64,000 nucleotides of DNA from an uncultured Planctomycetota bacterium. GTDB lineage: Bacteria > Planctomycetota > Phycisphaerae > Tepidisphaerales > Tepidisphaeraceae. Positions 18,189-27,826 of the stretch are shown here, piece after piece. The stretch is taken from positions 960,001 through 1,024,000 of the forward strand of contig CAWJEN010000006.1 of assembly GCA_963841915.1 (NCBI GenBank). Direction: 5' to 3'. The notes beneath the pieces were generated by a model. The model was not told the origin of the DNA. It worked only from the letters and a program-made list of their open reading frames with translations, and did not search any database. Both the position numbers and the translations under genes were made by a program. Numbering within the stretch: the first letter of the stretch is position 1; each line of letters opens with the position of its first letter.

Positions 18189-19433
18189 ATGCCGATCAAC
18201 GATGTGCCGCTGCCTTACCTGACCAGCGACACCCCCGGCATCGGCGGCAGACTTCGCGATCGGCCTGAGGACTTCTTCGTCCAGGAAGTGCCGCTCTACC
18301 AGCCCAGCGGCACCGGCTCGCACATCTATGTCGAGGTCCAGAAGGTCGGCCTGACCACCCGCGAGGCCGTCAACCGCATCGCAAGTGCCCTCGACATCGA
18401 TCGACGTGACGTCGGCTACGCAGGCCTCAAGGACCGCCACGCGATCACGGTCCAGATGTTCAGCGTGCCGTTGACCGAGCAGGTGACGGAGGATCGCGTG
18501 ATGCGGATGGAGGTCGAAGGCCTGGCCCCGCGGTGGGCGGATCTGCACGAGAACAAGCTGAAAATCGGCCATCTGTCGGGCAACCGTTTTGCCGTGCGGG
18601 TGCGGGACGTGCGGGCGACGGACGTCGTCAAGCTGCGGCCGATGCTGAACCGCCTCGAAGCCGAAGGGCTGCCCAATTACTACGGCGAGCAACGGTTCGG
18701 CCGCGACGAGGAACGGCCGAACGACGTGCTGGGCCTGCTGCTGCTTCGCGGCGACTACGACGGTTTTCTGAAGGCGTACCTGGGCGGTTCGGATGGTCGC
18801 AAAGATGTCGCCGCCGCTCGGAAGCTGTACGACGAAGGCGATCGCGACGCGGCGTTGGCGGCTTGGCCTGACAACATCAGGGCCGAGCGTCGCGTGCTGG
18901 ACAAGCTTGTCAAGACCGGCGAACCCCTCGCGGCGGTCAAGCAGATCGACAAGAAGATCCGCCGGCTCTACGAGTCGGCAGCGCAGTCGGCGGCCTTCAA
19001 CGCAATTGTCGCCGATCGCGTTTCAGACGGGCTGCTTGCCACCCTTGTCGAGGGTGATGTCGCACGCATTCACAAAGAGAATCTGACCGTCGGCGGGGCG
19101 TTCACAGTGGAAGACGCCGCCAAGGAACAGCCGCGGTGCGAGGCGTGGGAGATCAGCCCGAGCGGCCCGTTGCCAGGCCGAAAGGAGCGACCGAAGGCGA
19201 TGGCCGAGGCAGAGCGTCGCGAGTCGGCAGCTTTTGCAAGGCTTGGGGTCTCGCGCGACGACTTTGCCAGCCAGACCGGCGAACGGCGTCCGCTGCGAGT
19301 GCGGCCTATCGACACGCAGCTCAGCGGTGGTGTCGACGAGCACGGCGAACACATCACCGTCGCCTTCACGCTACCGGCCGGTTCGTTTGCGACGACGGTG
19401 ATGCGGGAGCTGATGAAGCCAGACGTCGACTAG
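18189..19433 (+). CDS. truD: tRNA pseudouridine(13) synthase
   Basis: PEDFFVQE, YAGLKDRHA, GNRF, PNYYGEQRFG, FTLPAGSFAT. Confidence 0.96.
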   Translation: MPINDVPLPYLTSDTPGIGGRLRDRPEDFFVQEVPLYQPSGTGSHIYVEVQKVGLTTREAVNRIASALDIDRRDVGYAGLKDRHAITVQMFSVPLTEQVTEDRVMRMEVEGLAPRWADLHENKLKIGHLSGNRFAVRVRDVRATDVVKLRPMLNRLEAEGLPNYYGEQRFGRDEERPNDVLGLLLLRGDYDGFLKAYLGGSDGRKDVAAARKLYDEGDRDAALAAWPDNIRAERRVLDKLVKTGEPLAAVKQIDKKIRRLYESAAQSAAFNAIVADRVSDGLLATLVEGDVARIHKENLTVGGAFTVEDAAKEQPRCEAWEISPSGPLPGRKERPKAMAEAERRESAAFARLGVSRDDFASQTGERRPLRVRPIDTQLSGGVDEHGEHITVAFTLPAGSFATTVMRELMKPDVD

Positions 19434-20305
19434 TCGCCGTCAGTCGCCTCGCCGATGGCATCACCCGCACGATTGATCAGGTCGCCTGGGCCACCGACTT
19501 CGCCGGGCGTGATTTCACGCTCTTCTTGCACTTCTCCCATGTAGCCATCGAACTTCGCCTCGGCGGCGAGGGTTGCAAAGAGCGTCCCAAGGCCACAGAA
19601 GGTCGTGAAAGCGAACAGGCCGATGCAAGCCAGACCCCAAAGACGCTGCGACGCGGCCGTGATGGTCAGGCCCCACGTGATGCCGGCCGTCCAGAACCCG
19701 TTGGCGAGGTGGAAGGTCGCGGCGATGATGCCGAGCGGGTAGATCAGGTAGCCGACCCACCACGCCGCCTGCATGTGGTTGATTGTGGTCTGCGTTGCGT
19801 AGTGCGGGTCAAAGGTGACGCGGTCGCCGAAGTCGCCGCCGATCGCGCCCTTCATGGTCAGGACGTGAAACGCGATGAACGCCAGCAGGATGAAGCTGGT
19901 GGCCCGCTGAGCGGTGTACGCCCAGTTCTTGCCGTAGCCGTAGCTGCTGACGTTGGGGCGACCGGCAAAGGCGACGAGCGTGCCGTAGACGCCATGGAAG
20001 ATGATCGGCAGGAAGATCGCGAACCATTCCACCGCCACGAGGAACGGGGTGTCGTGGATCCGGTCGACCTGGTTCTGGTAGACATCATTGGCGGCAAGCG
20101 AAGATCCAAAGGCGACCGGGAACGTCGCCTGGAGCAGCGTGGCGTTGATGAGCAGGTGGACGACGATGTACCCGCCGAAAACGATGCCGCTCAGGGAGTG
20201 CAGGCGGCGCAGGGCAAAGCGGTGCTTGTTCAGAAAGTTGGCAACGCCAGCGCGTGGGCCGCTTTTGTGGTCGTCTCTGGCAATCGGCGGGGAAAAGGCG
20301 GTCAT
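19430..20305 (-). CDS. sdhC: Succinate dehydrogenase cytochrome b558 subunit
   Basis: RRLHSLSG, HGVYG, QRATS...FH, FHLANG; five TM helices with heme-ligand His residues. Confidence 0.9.
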   Translation of the reverse strand: MTAFSPPIARDDHKSGPRAGVANFLNKHRFALRRLHSLSGIVFGGYIVVHLLINATLLQATFPVAFGSSLAANDVYQNQVDRIHDTPFLVAVEWFAIFLPIIFHGVYGTLVAFAGRPNVSSYGYGKNWAYTAQRATSFILLAFIAFHVLTMKGAIGGDFGDRVTFDPHYATQTTINHMQAAWWVGYLIYPLGIIAATFHLANGFWTAGITWGLTITAASQRLWGLACIGLFAFTTFCGLGTLFATLAAEAKFDGYMGEVQEEREITPGEVGGPGDLINRAGDAIGEATDGD

Positions 20306-20383
20306 CGGCCGAACATGCTAAGCAGGGCGGCGGCGGGTTTCATCCGCTTTGGAAGCTGACGCCAAGTGACACCGGTCCAGGAA

Positions 20384-20923
20384 TCAGGACCACGCCGTCC
20401 AGACGCTGACGACGAGCATCGCGACGCCCACGCCGCTCTTGAGCACAGTGCCCCAGAAGCGTCCCTTGAACGCGCCCCAGCCGACGCGGTTGAGTCGCCC
20501 GTAGAAGCCGCGGCGATCTTCGATGTCGTCACCGGCCTTACTCGCCTCGAGCAGGGCCGCACCGAGGAAGCTGCCGACGCACGCACCAAAGACAGCGTTC
20601 ACCACCGGCACCACGGGCACGAGAATGACGCCCAGGATGCCACCAACGACGCCCCCGAGGATCGCGCCAATGGTGCTGCGGAAACTGCCACCGGCCGACT
20701 TGCTGCCGGCGGCACCGGCAGCAAACTCGACCAGTTCCGCCAGCAACGCCAGACCCAACATGGTCAGACTGCTCACCCAGCCCACGCTCTGCCAGCCGTC
20801 TGCCCAGCCGTACGCGGCATGGGCGGCGACCATCAGCCACAGGCCCGGCAGGCCGATCAGGTTCAATGCAAGCCCGACCAGATGGCCCAGGAGCAAGGAG
20901 AGGTAGAGCGTCCAGAACCACAT
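20384..20923 (-). CDS. DUF456-like membrane protein
   Basis: GLPGLWL, ELVEFAAGAAGSKSAGGS, Gly-rich TM helices. Confidence 0.8.
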   Translation of the reverse strand: MWFWTLYLSLLLGHLVGLALNLIGLPGLWLMVAAHAAYGWADGWQSVGWVSSLTMLGLALLAELVEFAAGAAGSKSAGGSFRSTIGAILGGVVGGILGVILVPVVPVVNAVFGACVGSFLGAALLEASKAGDDIEDRRGFYGRLNRVGWGAFKGRFWGTVLKSGVGVAMLVVSVWTAWS

Positions 20924-20968
20924 GCTCAGTAGGCAAGTCCGTCAGACGCAACCGGCGGTCGATGCACG

Positions 20969-21424
20969 TTACTTCTTGATGTCTTCACCGTACTCGACGC
21001 GGGTGTTGCCGTAACCATCTTCGGTGGTGGTTTCGGCGTGCTTGCCCATCGTCTTGATCTTGCCCAGTACTCGGCCGTTGGAGTCGACGAAGAGGCGGGC
21101 GTTCTTGTTGCTCACGCCACCACCGACGGTGCCGCTGAGAATGACCTTGCTACCGCGGAAGAGCGTCATGTCGCCCGCGATGTGGCCGTATACGTGGACG
21201 CGTCCGCCGAAGTCGACAATGAGATCACCGCCCACGTTGCCGCGGACATAGCACTTGCCACCTTCGACGACGCGCAGGTCACCGGTCACGCCACCCCAGA
21301 GGGTGAACTTGTCATCGACGGTCATGTCGCCGACATGCCGCCCGCGTTCTTCACGCATGCCGGCACCTGAAGATTGGCCACGCTCGCTCGTACTCATGCT
21401 CTTGTCCCTGGTCCTCTGTTGCAT
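20969..21424 (-). CDS. Bactofilin-like beta-helical protein
   Basis: About 17-aa repeats of the form GxVxGDL/MxV...G. Confidence 0.6.
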   Translation of the reverse strand: MQQRTRDKSMSTSERGQSSGAGMREERGRHVGDMTVDDKFTLWGGVTGDLRVVEGGKCYVRGNVGGDLIVDFGGRVHVYGHIAGDMTLFRGSKVILSGTVGGGVSNKNARLFVDSNGRVLGKIKTMGKHAETTTEDGYGNTRVEYGEDIKK

Positions 21425-21472
21425 CGTCACCGTGCGACTATGGCCGATGAAACCACATCGGACCACTTGAGC

Positions 21473-22123
21473 CTAGACCGGCTCGTAAGTCGGACGTTCG
21501 TCCTCGTCTTCGTATTCGGCATCGAAGTTCGCGCCCAGCGCCCGCCGAACGCCACGGCCGCTCGTCAGCCAGCAGGCGACAAGCAACAAGAGCGAGAAGC
21601 CGGGCCAGCCGACGAACCGGATCCAGCCCAGCCAGTCAGCCCGGCCCGCAAACCCGTCGGCATTGGCAACGAGCTCCGGCCACTGGTACAGCACGCCTGG
21701 AATCCGCCAAGGTTCGCCCGACGACAGCGGATGCGACAACGCCGCCTGCCACGGCACCATGAGCACGACCAGCACCAGCGACCAGACAAATGCTCGCGCT
21801 GCCGATGCCGCACCGACCGTCCTGCCCGAGATCATCACGAGTACGATGTAGACCAGCGACAGTGAGAACAGAATCGACACAGCCAGGCCGAGCCAGGCGC
21901 TGGCGTACGTGGCCATGTAACCGATCTGGTCCCAAGGCCATGTCGAATCCTTTTGCCCCAGGACGGCCGACCGCACCTCGGGCACGAACCTCACCGTCAA
22001 GAAGAGGGCGATCTGAGCCAGGAGGATCAGCGCCAGCAGGAGAAACGTCAGCGTCCGGAACCGCCGCCCGACGGTGAGGGCGTCGTAGTAGACGGCTGCG
22101 GTAGAGGCGGGCATCAGTGTCAT
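21473..22123 (-). CDS. Hypothetical membrane protein (4 TM)
   Basis: Four hydrophobic segments. Confidence 0.7.
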   Translation of the reverse strand: MTLMPASTAAVYYDALTVGRRFRTLTFLLLALILLAQIALFLTVRFVPEVRSAVLGQKDSTWPWDQIGYMATYASAWLGLAVSILFSLSLVYIVLVMISGRTVGAASAARAFVWSLVLVVLMVPWQAALSHPLSSGEPWRIPGVLYQWPELVANADGFAGRADWLGWIRFVGWPGFSLLLLVACWLTSGRGVRRALGANFDAEYEDEDERPTYEPV

Positions 22124-22242
22124 GGCTACTCGTGTGGTGTACGCGACGCAGGGCCGACGCCGCAAATGGTAACAGCAGCCGGTGCATCTCGGGTTGCACT
22201 TGGTTCCGACTGGTCTATCGTCGCCGCCCAACCAACACGCCT

Positions 22243-23271
22243 ATGGCCGACGACAACAAGACGATGCAGATGCTTTACGCCGATGACGCTCCGATGACGC
22301 CGTTGGAGGGAAAGATGGTTGCCATTCTCGGCTTCGGGTCCCAAGGGCACGCTCACGCCCAAAATCTGCGTGAGAGCGGCGTCAATGTCATCGTCGCCAA
22401 CCGCGCCGAATCGGCCAACGGTCGCCTCGCCAAGGAAAAGGGCTTCGAGCTCTACAGTGTCGCCGACGCCGTCAAGAAAGCCGACCTCGTCATCATCACG
22501 CTGCCCGACGAGGTCCAGCCGGAGGTCTACGACAAGGACATCAGCCCGAACCTGACCGCCGGCAAGGCCCTCGGCTTTACGCACGGCTTCAACGTCCACT
22601 TCAAGACAATCCAGGTCCCCAGCGACGTCGACGTCGTCATGGTCGCCCCCAAAGGGCCAGGCCACCTCGTCCGCAGCCAATTTGAGCAGGGCGGCGGCGT
22701 GCCTTGCCTGTTCAGCGTCCATCAGGACGCAAGCGGCAACGCCCGTGGCATCGCCCTCGCCTGGGCCAACGGTGTCGGTGGCGGTCGCAGCGGCATCTTC
22801 GAGACGTCGTTCAAGGACGAGTGCGAGACCGACCTCTTCGGCGAACAAGCTGTCCTGTGCGGCGGCATCAGCGCCCTCATCAAGGCAGGCTACGAAACGC
22901 TCGTCGAAGCCGGTTACCCGCCGGAAATGGCCTACTTCGAGTGCGTCCACGAGACCAAGCTCATCGTCGACCTGATCTTCCAGGGTGGCCTTGACTACAT
23001 GCGGTACAGCGTGTCGAACACAGCCGAGTACGGCGACCTGACACGTGGCCCACGCGTGGTCGACGAGTCGGCCAAGGCCCGCATGAAGGACATCCTCGAC
23101 GAAATCCAGAGTGGCCAATTCGCCAAAGAATGGCGTGAAGAATACGAGGGCGGTATGAAGGAATTTACCCGGCTCTACGAGAAGGACCGCGACAGCTCCG
23201 TCGAGCAGGTCGGCAAGCGGCTACGCAAGCTCATGCCGTGGCTCGGTGCCAAAGAACCGCCGAAGGACTGA
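22243..23271 (+). CDS. ilvC: Ketol-acid reductoisomerase
   Basis: GFGSQGHAHAQNL, APKGPGH, ETDLFGEQAVLCGG, AYFECVHE, SNTAEYG. Confidence 0.98.
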   Translation: MADDNKTMQMLYADDAPMTPLEGKMVAILGFGSQGHAHAQNLRESGVNVIVANRAESANGRLAKEKGFELYSVADAVKKADLVIITLPDEVQPEVYDKDISPNLTAGKALGFTHGFNVHFKTIQVPSDVDVVMVAPKGPGHLVRSQFEQGGGVPCLFSVHQDASGNARGIALAWANGVGGGRSGIFETSFKDECETDLFGEQAVLCGGISALIKAGYETLVEAGYPPEMAYFECVHETKLIVDLIFQGGLDYMRYSVSNTAEYGDLTRGPRVVDESAKARMKDILDEIQSGQFAKEWREEYEGGMKEFTRLYEKDRDSSVEQVGKRLRKLMPWLGAKEPPKD

Positions 23272-23305
23272 AGCTGATCAACGCCGATGAGCAAGCCGCG
23301 GCACA

Positions 23306-23995
23306 TCAGGCCGCGGCTTTTGCACGTTCGGCCCGAAGTACGCGACCTGCGACGCGACCGATCAAGACGAAGCTGACGACTGTGGCCACACCACCGGCTG
23401 CGAGCAGCCAAGGCGTCTGCGGCCTCGACCAATCCAGCTCGCTCAATCCCGCACCAAGTAACGCGACCGCCACCACCCGAGGCATCAACCCCAAAGCTGC
23501 TCCAGCAAGATAAGGCCTGAGCGGCGTACGCATGGCCGCCAGCACAACATTCGTGGCCGCAAAGGGAGCCAATGGCGAAAGCCGTAGCAACGCCAACAGC
23601 CATGCCGTCCTGTGAGGCGACGCGTCCAGCAGCGCATCCGCCACGCCCGCCCACGTCGGCATCGCCCGCAGCGAAGAGGCCAGGCGATCACCGGCCACGA
23701 CTCGTCCAAAGCTGTACCCGAGCAGGCTGGCCGCAACGACTGCCGCCCAAGCCACTATGGGCCCGGCTAAGGCTCCTAACGCAAACCCGCTTGCGAGCGA
23801 TACGGCGTGTGTCGGCAGCAACGCCAAGCTCGCCAACAGCATGCCGCCGAAGCACACGGCGACAGCGGCTTCAACAGGCGTCGCCGCGTCGACCCATGCC
23901 GCCAATGCGGTGCCGTGTCGCGCAAGCATGGCCACGCCTACCAACGGCAGCGCACCGGCCACAATTGTTGCTGTCATCGCTCGCAGGCCTGCCAC
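23306..23995 (-). CDS. TVP38/TMEM64 (VTT/DedA) family membrane protein
   Basis: LLRLSPLAPFAATN motif; multiple TM helices. Confidence 0.85.
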   Translation of the reverse strand: MAGLRAMTATIVAGALPLVGVAMLARHGTALAAWVDAATPVEAAVAVCFGGMLLASLALLPTHAVSLASGFALGALAGPIVAWAAVVAASLLGYSFGRVVAGDRLASSLRAMPTWAGVADALLDASPHRTAWLLALLRLSPLAPFAATNVVLAAMRTPLRPYLAGAALGLMPRVVAVALLGAGLSELDWSRPQTPWLLAAGGVATVVSFVLIGRVAGRVLRAERAKAAA

Positions 23996-24211
23996 GAGTT
24001 GAAGGTAGGACGCGGAAGCAATCCAGACACACCCGAACGGAGCGTCATCAGGCTTGGGCCGATAATCAACGTTATGTATAGCCGTACCTGGCGACTGGAC
24101 CAGCCGGCGTACGACAGACCCGGTCTTAAGTCTTCATTCGACGAGAAAACGTACCCCAGTCTCAAGCTTGGAAAAAGCAGCGGTCGCATGATGGAATCAC
24201 GCACCAGGTCG

Positions 24212-25483
24212 CTACTGCATCAGGAAGAAGGCCACGCCGTCAGGCTCTACGGCCTCGTTGTTCCAAATGTCTTGCACCGTCTCTGCGCAGCCGGGTCGAT
24301 GAAGTCGCTCCGGAAGCTTGAATGAGCCGCCCTTCCCGCTTGTGTCGAAGGCGGCGAGCCAACAGCGATCGCCGCGACTGTCGTCGGCGATGAAGCCACG
24401 CCAGTCGCCGACGAGCTTGATCGGCCGGACGTTGCGGGCATGAGCTTGGCACTCGAGCAGGTGCGGGTGCGTGAGCAGCGTGAAGTCCTCGTCCGGCGTC
24501 GCAGCCAAATTGCCACCCATCAGCAGCGGCGAGCCGACAAGCGCGCGTTGCGTCAGGAAGCTCTGCTTCTGGGCACGCGTGAACCGGCTTTGCCGACGCC
24601 CGCCGACGCCGTAAAGCAGCGGTTTGGTCTCCTTCACGTCGTCGTCGGGCTCCCGCCACGAGCTCAACTCGCCGAACGGGATCATGTCGAGATCGATCGC
24701 GACATCGTCCTCACCAGCGCCGCCCCAAGTGCTCATCGCGTCGAGCCCCTTCATGAGGTCGTCGCGGCGATCCCAGATGTCAGCCGTAATACGCAGAGCG
24801 TCCGCCCGACGGTACGCCGGCAGGTCGACCACACGATTGCAGTTTCCCGGCGAAAGGCTCAGCGTCATCGGTCTGCCGCACCTGTCGATGGCGTCGGCAA
24901 CGGCTTCGATCTCACGCGGGTACGGGACGATGTCATCGACCTTCACGTAATCGACTTGCCATTCTGCGAGCAGGCGGAGGACCGAGTCGTAGTAGGCCTG
25001 TGCTCCAGGCCGGCTCATGTCGACGCCGAAGTTGTCGCCACACCAAGCGCACGTGTCGTCCGTGTCAGCGATGTCGGCGGCGGTGACGTTCGTGCCGAGC
25101 ACCGGCAGACGACGCTCCACGGCCAAACGTGGCACACCTCGCATCAGGTGAATGCCGAACTTGATGCCGTGCTCGTGGCACTTGGAAATGATCCCGCCGA
25201 GCCCGTTCGGAAAAGCGTCCGGCGCCGGCACGTAGCGGCCGTAGCCGTCGATTTCGTGGCCGAGCAACGCGTCGGCATCGACGCGTGGAAAGCGCTCGCC
25301 CGCCTTACGCCGATAGCGGCGGTACCACCCGATGTCGAGCGTGAACACGTCGTACCCGTGCGGGAGCAGGCGGTCGATAAAGACGCTCAAGTTGTCGAGC
25401 AACGCCCGCTCGTCTGCAACGGCGCCGAAGCAGTCGAAGCTGTTCCACCCGCGGATGGGACGAGGAACTGTATTACTTTGCAT
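24212..25483 (-). CDS. Glycoside hydrolase family 27 (alpha-galactosidase-like), no signal peptide
   Basis: GWNSFD, LDIGW, KFGIH, YVKVDD (nucleophile), RITADI (acid/base), DLDMIP, SPLLMG. Confidence 0.9.
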   Translation of the reverse strand: MQSNTVPRPIRGWNSFDCFGAVADERALLDNLSVFIDRLLPHGYDVFTLDIGWYRRYRRKAGERFPRVDADALLGHEIDGYGRYVPAPDAFPNGLGGIISKCHEHGIKFGIHLMRGVPRLAVERRLPVLGTNVTAADIADTDDTCAWCGDNFGVDMSRPGAQAYYDSVLRLLAEWQVDYVKVDDIVPYPREIEAVADAIDRCGRPMTLSLSPGNCNRVVDLPAYRRADALRITADIWDRRDDLMKGLDAMSTWGGAGEDDVAIDLDMIPFGELSSWREPDDDVKETKPLLYGVGGRRQSRFTRAQKQSFLTQRALVGSPLLMGGNLAATPDEDFTLLTHPHLLECQAHARNVRPIKLVGDWRGFIADDSRGDRCWLAAFDTSGKGGSFKLPERLHRPGCAETVQDIWNNEAVEPDGVAFFLMQ

Positions 25484-27821
25484 CGTCTTCGAGAACTTCC
25501 AATTCTTTGGGGTGACGCGGGATCGGACCCATCGCTTCGTCCGCATAACATCGAAGACCCATCAGCGCGGCCGGCGTCGTCTGTGACGGGTGCGTGAGTT
25601 CCAGCCTCAAACCGATGAGTTCGATCGCTTCGTTCAGCGCGACCACGACGTGCGACTGCCGATTTTCATCCCGCTCGGCCAGGACCGTCTCGGTATCCGC
25701 TTGAACAGCTACGAGCCGAAACTTCCGCACGCAGAACGGCGAGACCCGTTCAGGGTGGCCCAGCAGGACCGTTTCCATCGGGTGATCAAAGTCAGTGTCA
25801 AAATGTAGATCGATACGTCCGATCGTCGTCGGTTCGCCGAAGCGTACGTCCAGCGTCGGCACCGGATCATCGGGCGAGGCGATCCAGGCGTTGGTCCCAT
25901 GTCCGGGTCGGAAGAGGCCGTTCATCAAGTTCGAAGCGTCGAAACCCTGCACCGGCGGCGAAAACGTCAGGGCAAGCAAGCGGCCGTCCGGGCGACGGTG
26001 CGGCGGAAAGAGCAACACATCCTCGAGCCCCGGATGACGCTCGCTCGCGTCGGCGGGCGGCTTAAGGCGGCCACGCGTCGGCACAAAGCCGCTGACACGA
26101 CGGTCGCTGACACCGAGACGCATCTCCGGCGAGCCGGAGATCGTCAGCAGCACCGCCGTCGGCTCGTCGAGCGTCAGGTCCCACGACAGTTCGACAACAT
26201 CGTCGCCCGAAACGCTCGACGTTTGAGAGGACAGCACCCGCGCCGCATCGTGCAGGCCAGGCCGCTCAGACGTCCGCAGCTCGGCCCGCAGTTCGGCCGG
26301 CTTTGACGCATCGACCTTCAGCCGTATCGACGGCACCGGCCCGGCAGGCAGATGCAACCACAGGCCGCGCTCGTGATCCAAATCAGCCCAGGCGTCAGCC
26401 GCGTGCGGCAACTCGGCCAGCTTCAGCTCGCTCGACACGTCCAGCTTCGCCCGACGCACCAAATCATCCGTATCACGATCGGCATCGAGCGCCAGATGCG
26501 GCACATGCTGAGCATCGCGAAGCAGGCTTCGCTGCAACTCGTCGATCGGTACGTCACGCGGGTCGAGCTTGTTCCGCAGGCAAAGCGCCGCCGCGTGTGC
26601 AACGGCCTGACCGGCGTGAGCGCTGGTACCCATCACCCGCGTCGAACCAAAGGCGACATGTGACGCACTGATGAGCCGACCGGCCAGGAACAGGTTCTTG
26701 ACGTTGCGGCTGTACATGCAGCGGTACGGAATCTGGAACGTCCCGCGAACGTGAAATTGCGTGCAGCCGGGCTTGTCGCTGTACACGCCGTCCGCAGGGT
26801 GCAGATCGACTGCCCAGCCGCCCACGGCAACGCCGTCGTCGAAGCGTCGCGTTTGCGCTAAATCCTCCTGGCTGAGCATGTAGTCGCCTTCGAAGCGGCG
26901 GCTTTCGCGCTTGCCGGGAATGGTGCCGACCCACTCGAGCGTGTGATTCGCCGCATCCGGGAACTCGCCGCTGTTCTTGACGTGATCCCAAAGGCCATAG
27001 ACGACGCTCCACAATTCCCACTTGATCGTTTCGGTCTCGTGCACCGTGTCGAGTCGGCCGCCGTACTCGATCCACCAGAGTCGGCAACCCTGCAGGTTGG
27101 TGCTGTATCGCTTCCACCGCTCGAGTTTGGAAACGTCCTTCTTGGCGTAGCTGGGCGCGACGAAGTCGACGGGCCGGCCCATGTCCTTCGTGTAGAAGTA
27201 AAGCGAGTGGCCCAGCAGGCTGCCGTAGCCCTCGTCGGGCGCAAGCGATTCGCCGAACTCGTCGGCCGACTCGGCACCGATACGGAAGGCCGCTCCCGCC
27301 ATGAAGCCGAGCACGCCGTCGCCGCTGGCATCGACGAACAGCGGCGAGCTGACTTTGTACATCGTGCCGTTCTGGCTGCAGAAGGCGCGGACGCTTGCAA
27401 CGCGATCGGCATCGTCGTCGACCTTCGTCGCTTCGAAGACGCTCGTGTTGAGCAGCAGCGTGATGTTCGGCTCCTCAGCGACCTTCTCCAAAAGAATCGT
27501 ATCGACGATGAGGGGATTGCCCTCGCGGTTGCGCCACAAATTTTCGCAGAGGATCTCGTCCACCACGCCGCCCTCGCGGGCGAAGCGGTTGTTGTTGTTC
27601 ATGTGGCTCGTCGCGCCCAGGATCCAAAGTCGCACCTCGCTCGAGCAGTTGCCGCCGAGCACCGGCCGATCCTGGATGAGCGTGACACGCACTCCCTGCC
27701 GGGCGGCGGCAATGGCGGTGCAGGTTCCAGCTAATCCACCGCCGACAATTGTCAGATCGCCGGCGATGGGAACCGTCTTCAAGGTGCGGCGGTCCGCCGC
27801 GTCGTACGTCTGAAGGGACAT
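25473..27821 (-). CDS. FAD-dependent oxidoreductase with C-terminal beta-sandwich region
   Basis: IVGGGLAG, DRPVLGGNCSSE, DASGDG, GKRESRR, AGRLIS, STRVMGT. Confidence 0.9.
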   Translation of the reverse strand: MSLQTYDAADRRTLKTVPIAGDLTIVGGGLAGTCTAIAAARQGVRVTLIQDRPVLGGNCSSEVRLWILGATSHMNNNNRFAREGGVVDEILCENLWRNREGNPLIVDTILLEKVAEEPNITLLLNTSVFEATKVDDDADRVASVRAFCSQNGTMYKVSSPLFVDASGDGVLGFMAGAAFRIGAESADEFGESLAPDEGYGSLLGHSLYFYTKDMGRPVDFVAPSYAKKDVSKLERWKRYSTNLQGCRLWWIEYGGRLDTVHETETIKWELWSVVYGLWDHVKNSGEFPDAANHTLEWVGTIPGKRESRRFEGDYMLSQEDLAQTRRFDDGVAVGGWAVDLHPADGVYSDKPGCTQFHVRGTFQIPYRCMYSRNVKNLFLAGRLISASHVAFGSTRVMGTSAHAGQAVAHAAALCLRNKLDPRDVPIDELQRSLLRDAQHVPHLALDADRDTDDLVRRAKLDVSSELKLAELPHAADAWADLDHERGLWLHLPAGPVPSIRLKVDASKPAELRAELRTSERPGLHDAARVLSSQTSSVSGDDVVELSWDLTLDEPTAVLLTISGSPEMRLGVSDRRVSGFVPTRGRLKPPADASERHPGLEDVLLFPPHRRPDGRLLALTFSPPVQGFDASNLMNGLFRPGHGTNAWIASPDDPVPTLDVRFGEPTTIGRIDLHFDTDFDHPMETVLLGHPERVSPFCVRKFRLVAVQADTETVLAERDENRQSHVVVALNEAIELIGLRLELTHPSQTTPAALMGLRCYADEAMGPIPRHPKELEVLEDDAK

Positions 27822-27826
27822 TGTGG

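Noticed and set aside
24125..24157. Minus-strand GGGG...CTTAAG as a transposon end bounding the glycan locus
   Set aside because: Only 33 bp, same orientation as the other end, and little similarity to it
23996..24211. Small ORFs at the left border of the glycan locus
   Set aside because: Atypical codon usage and no recognisable motif; treated as intergenic
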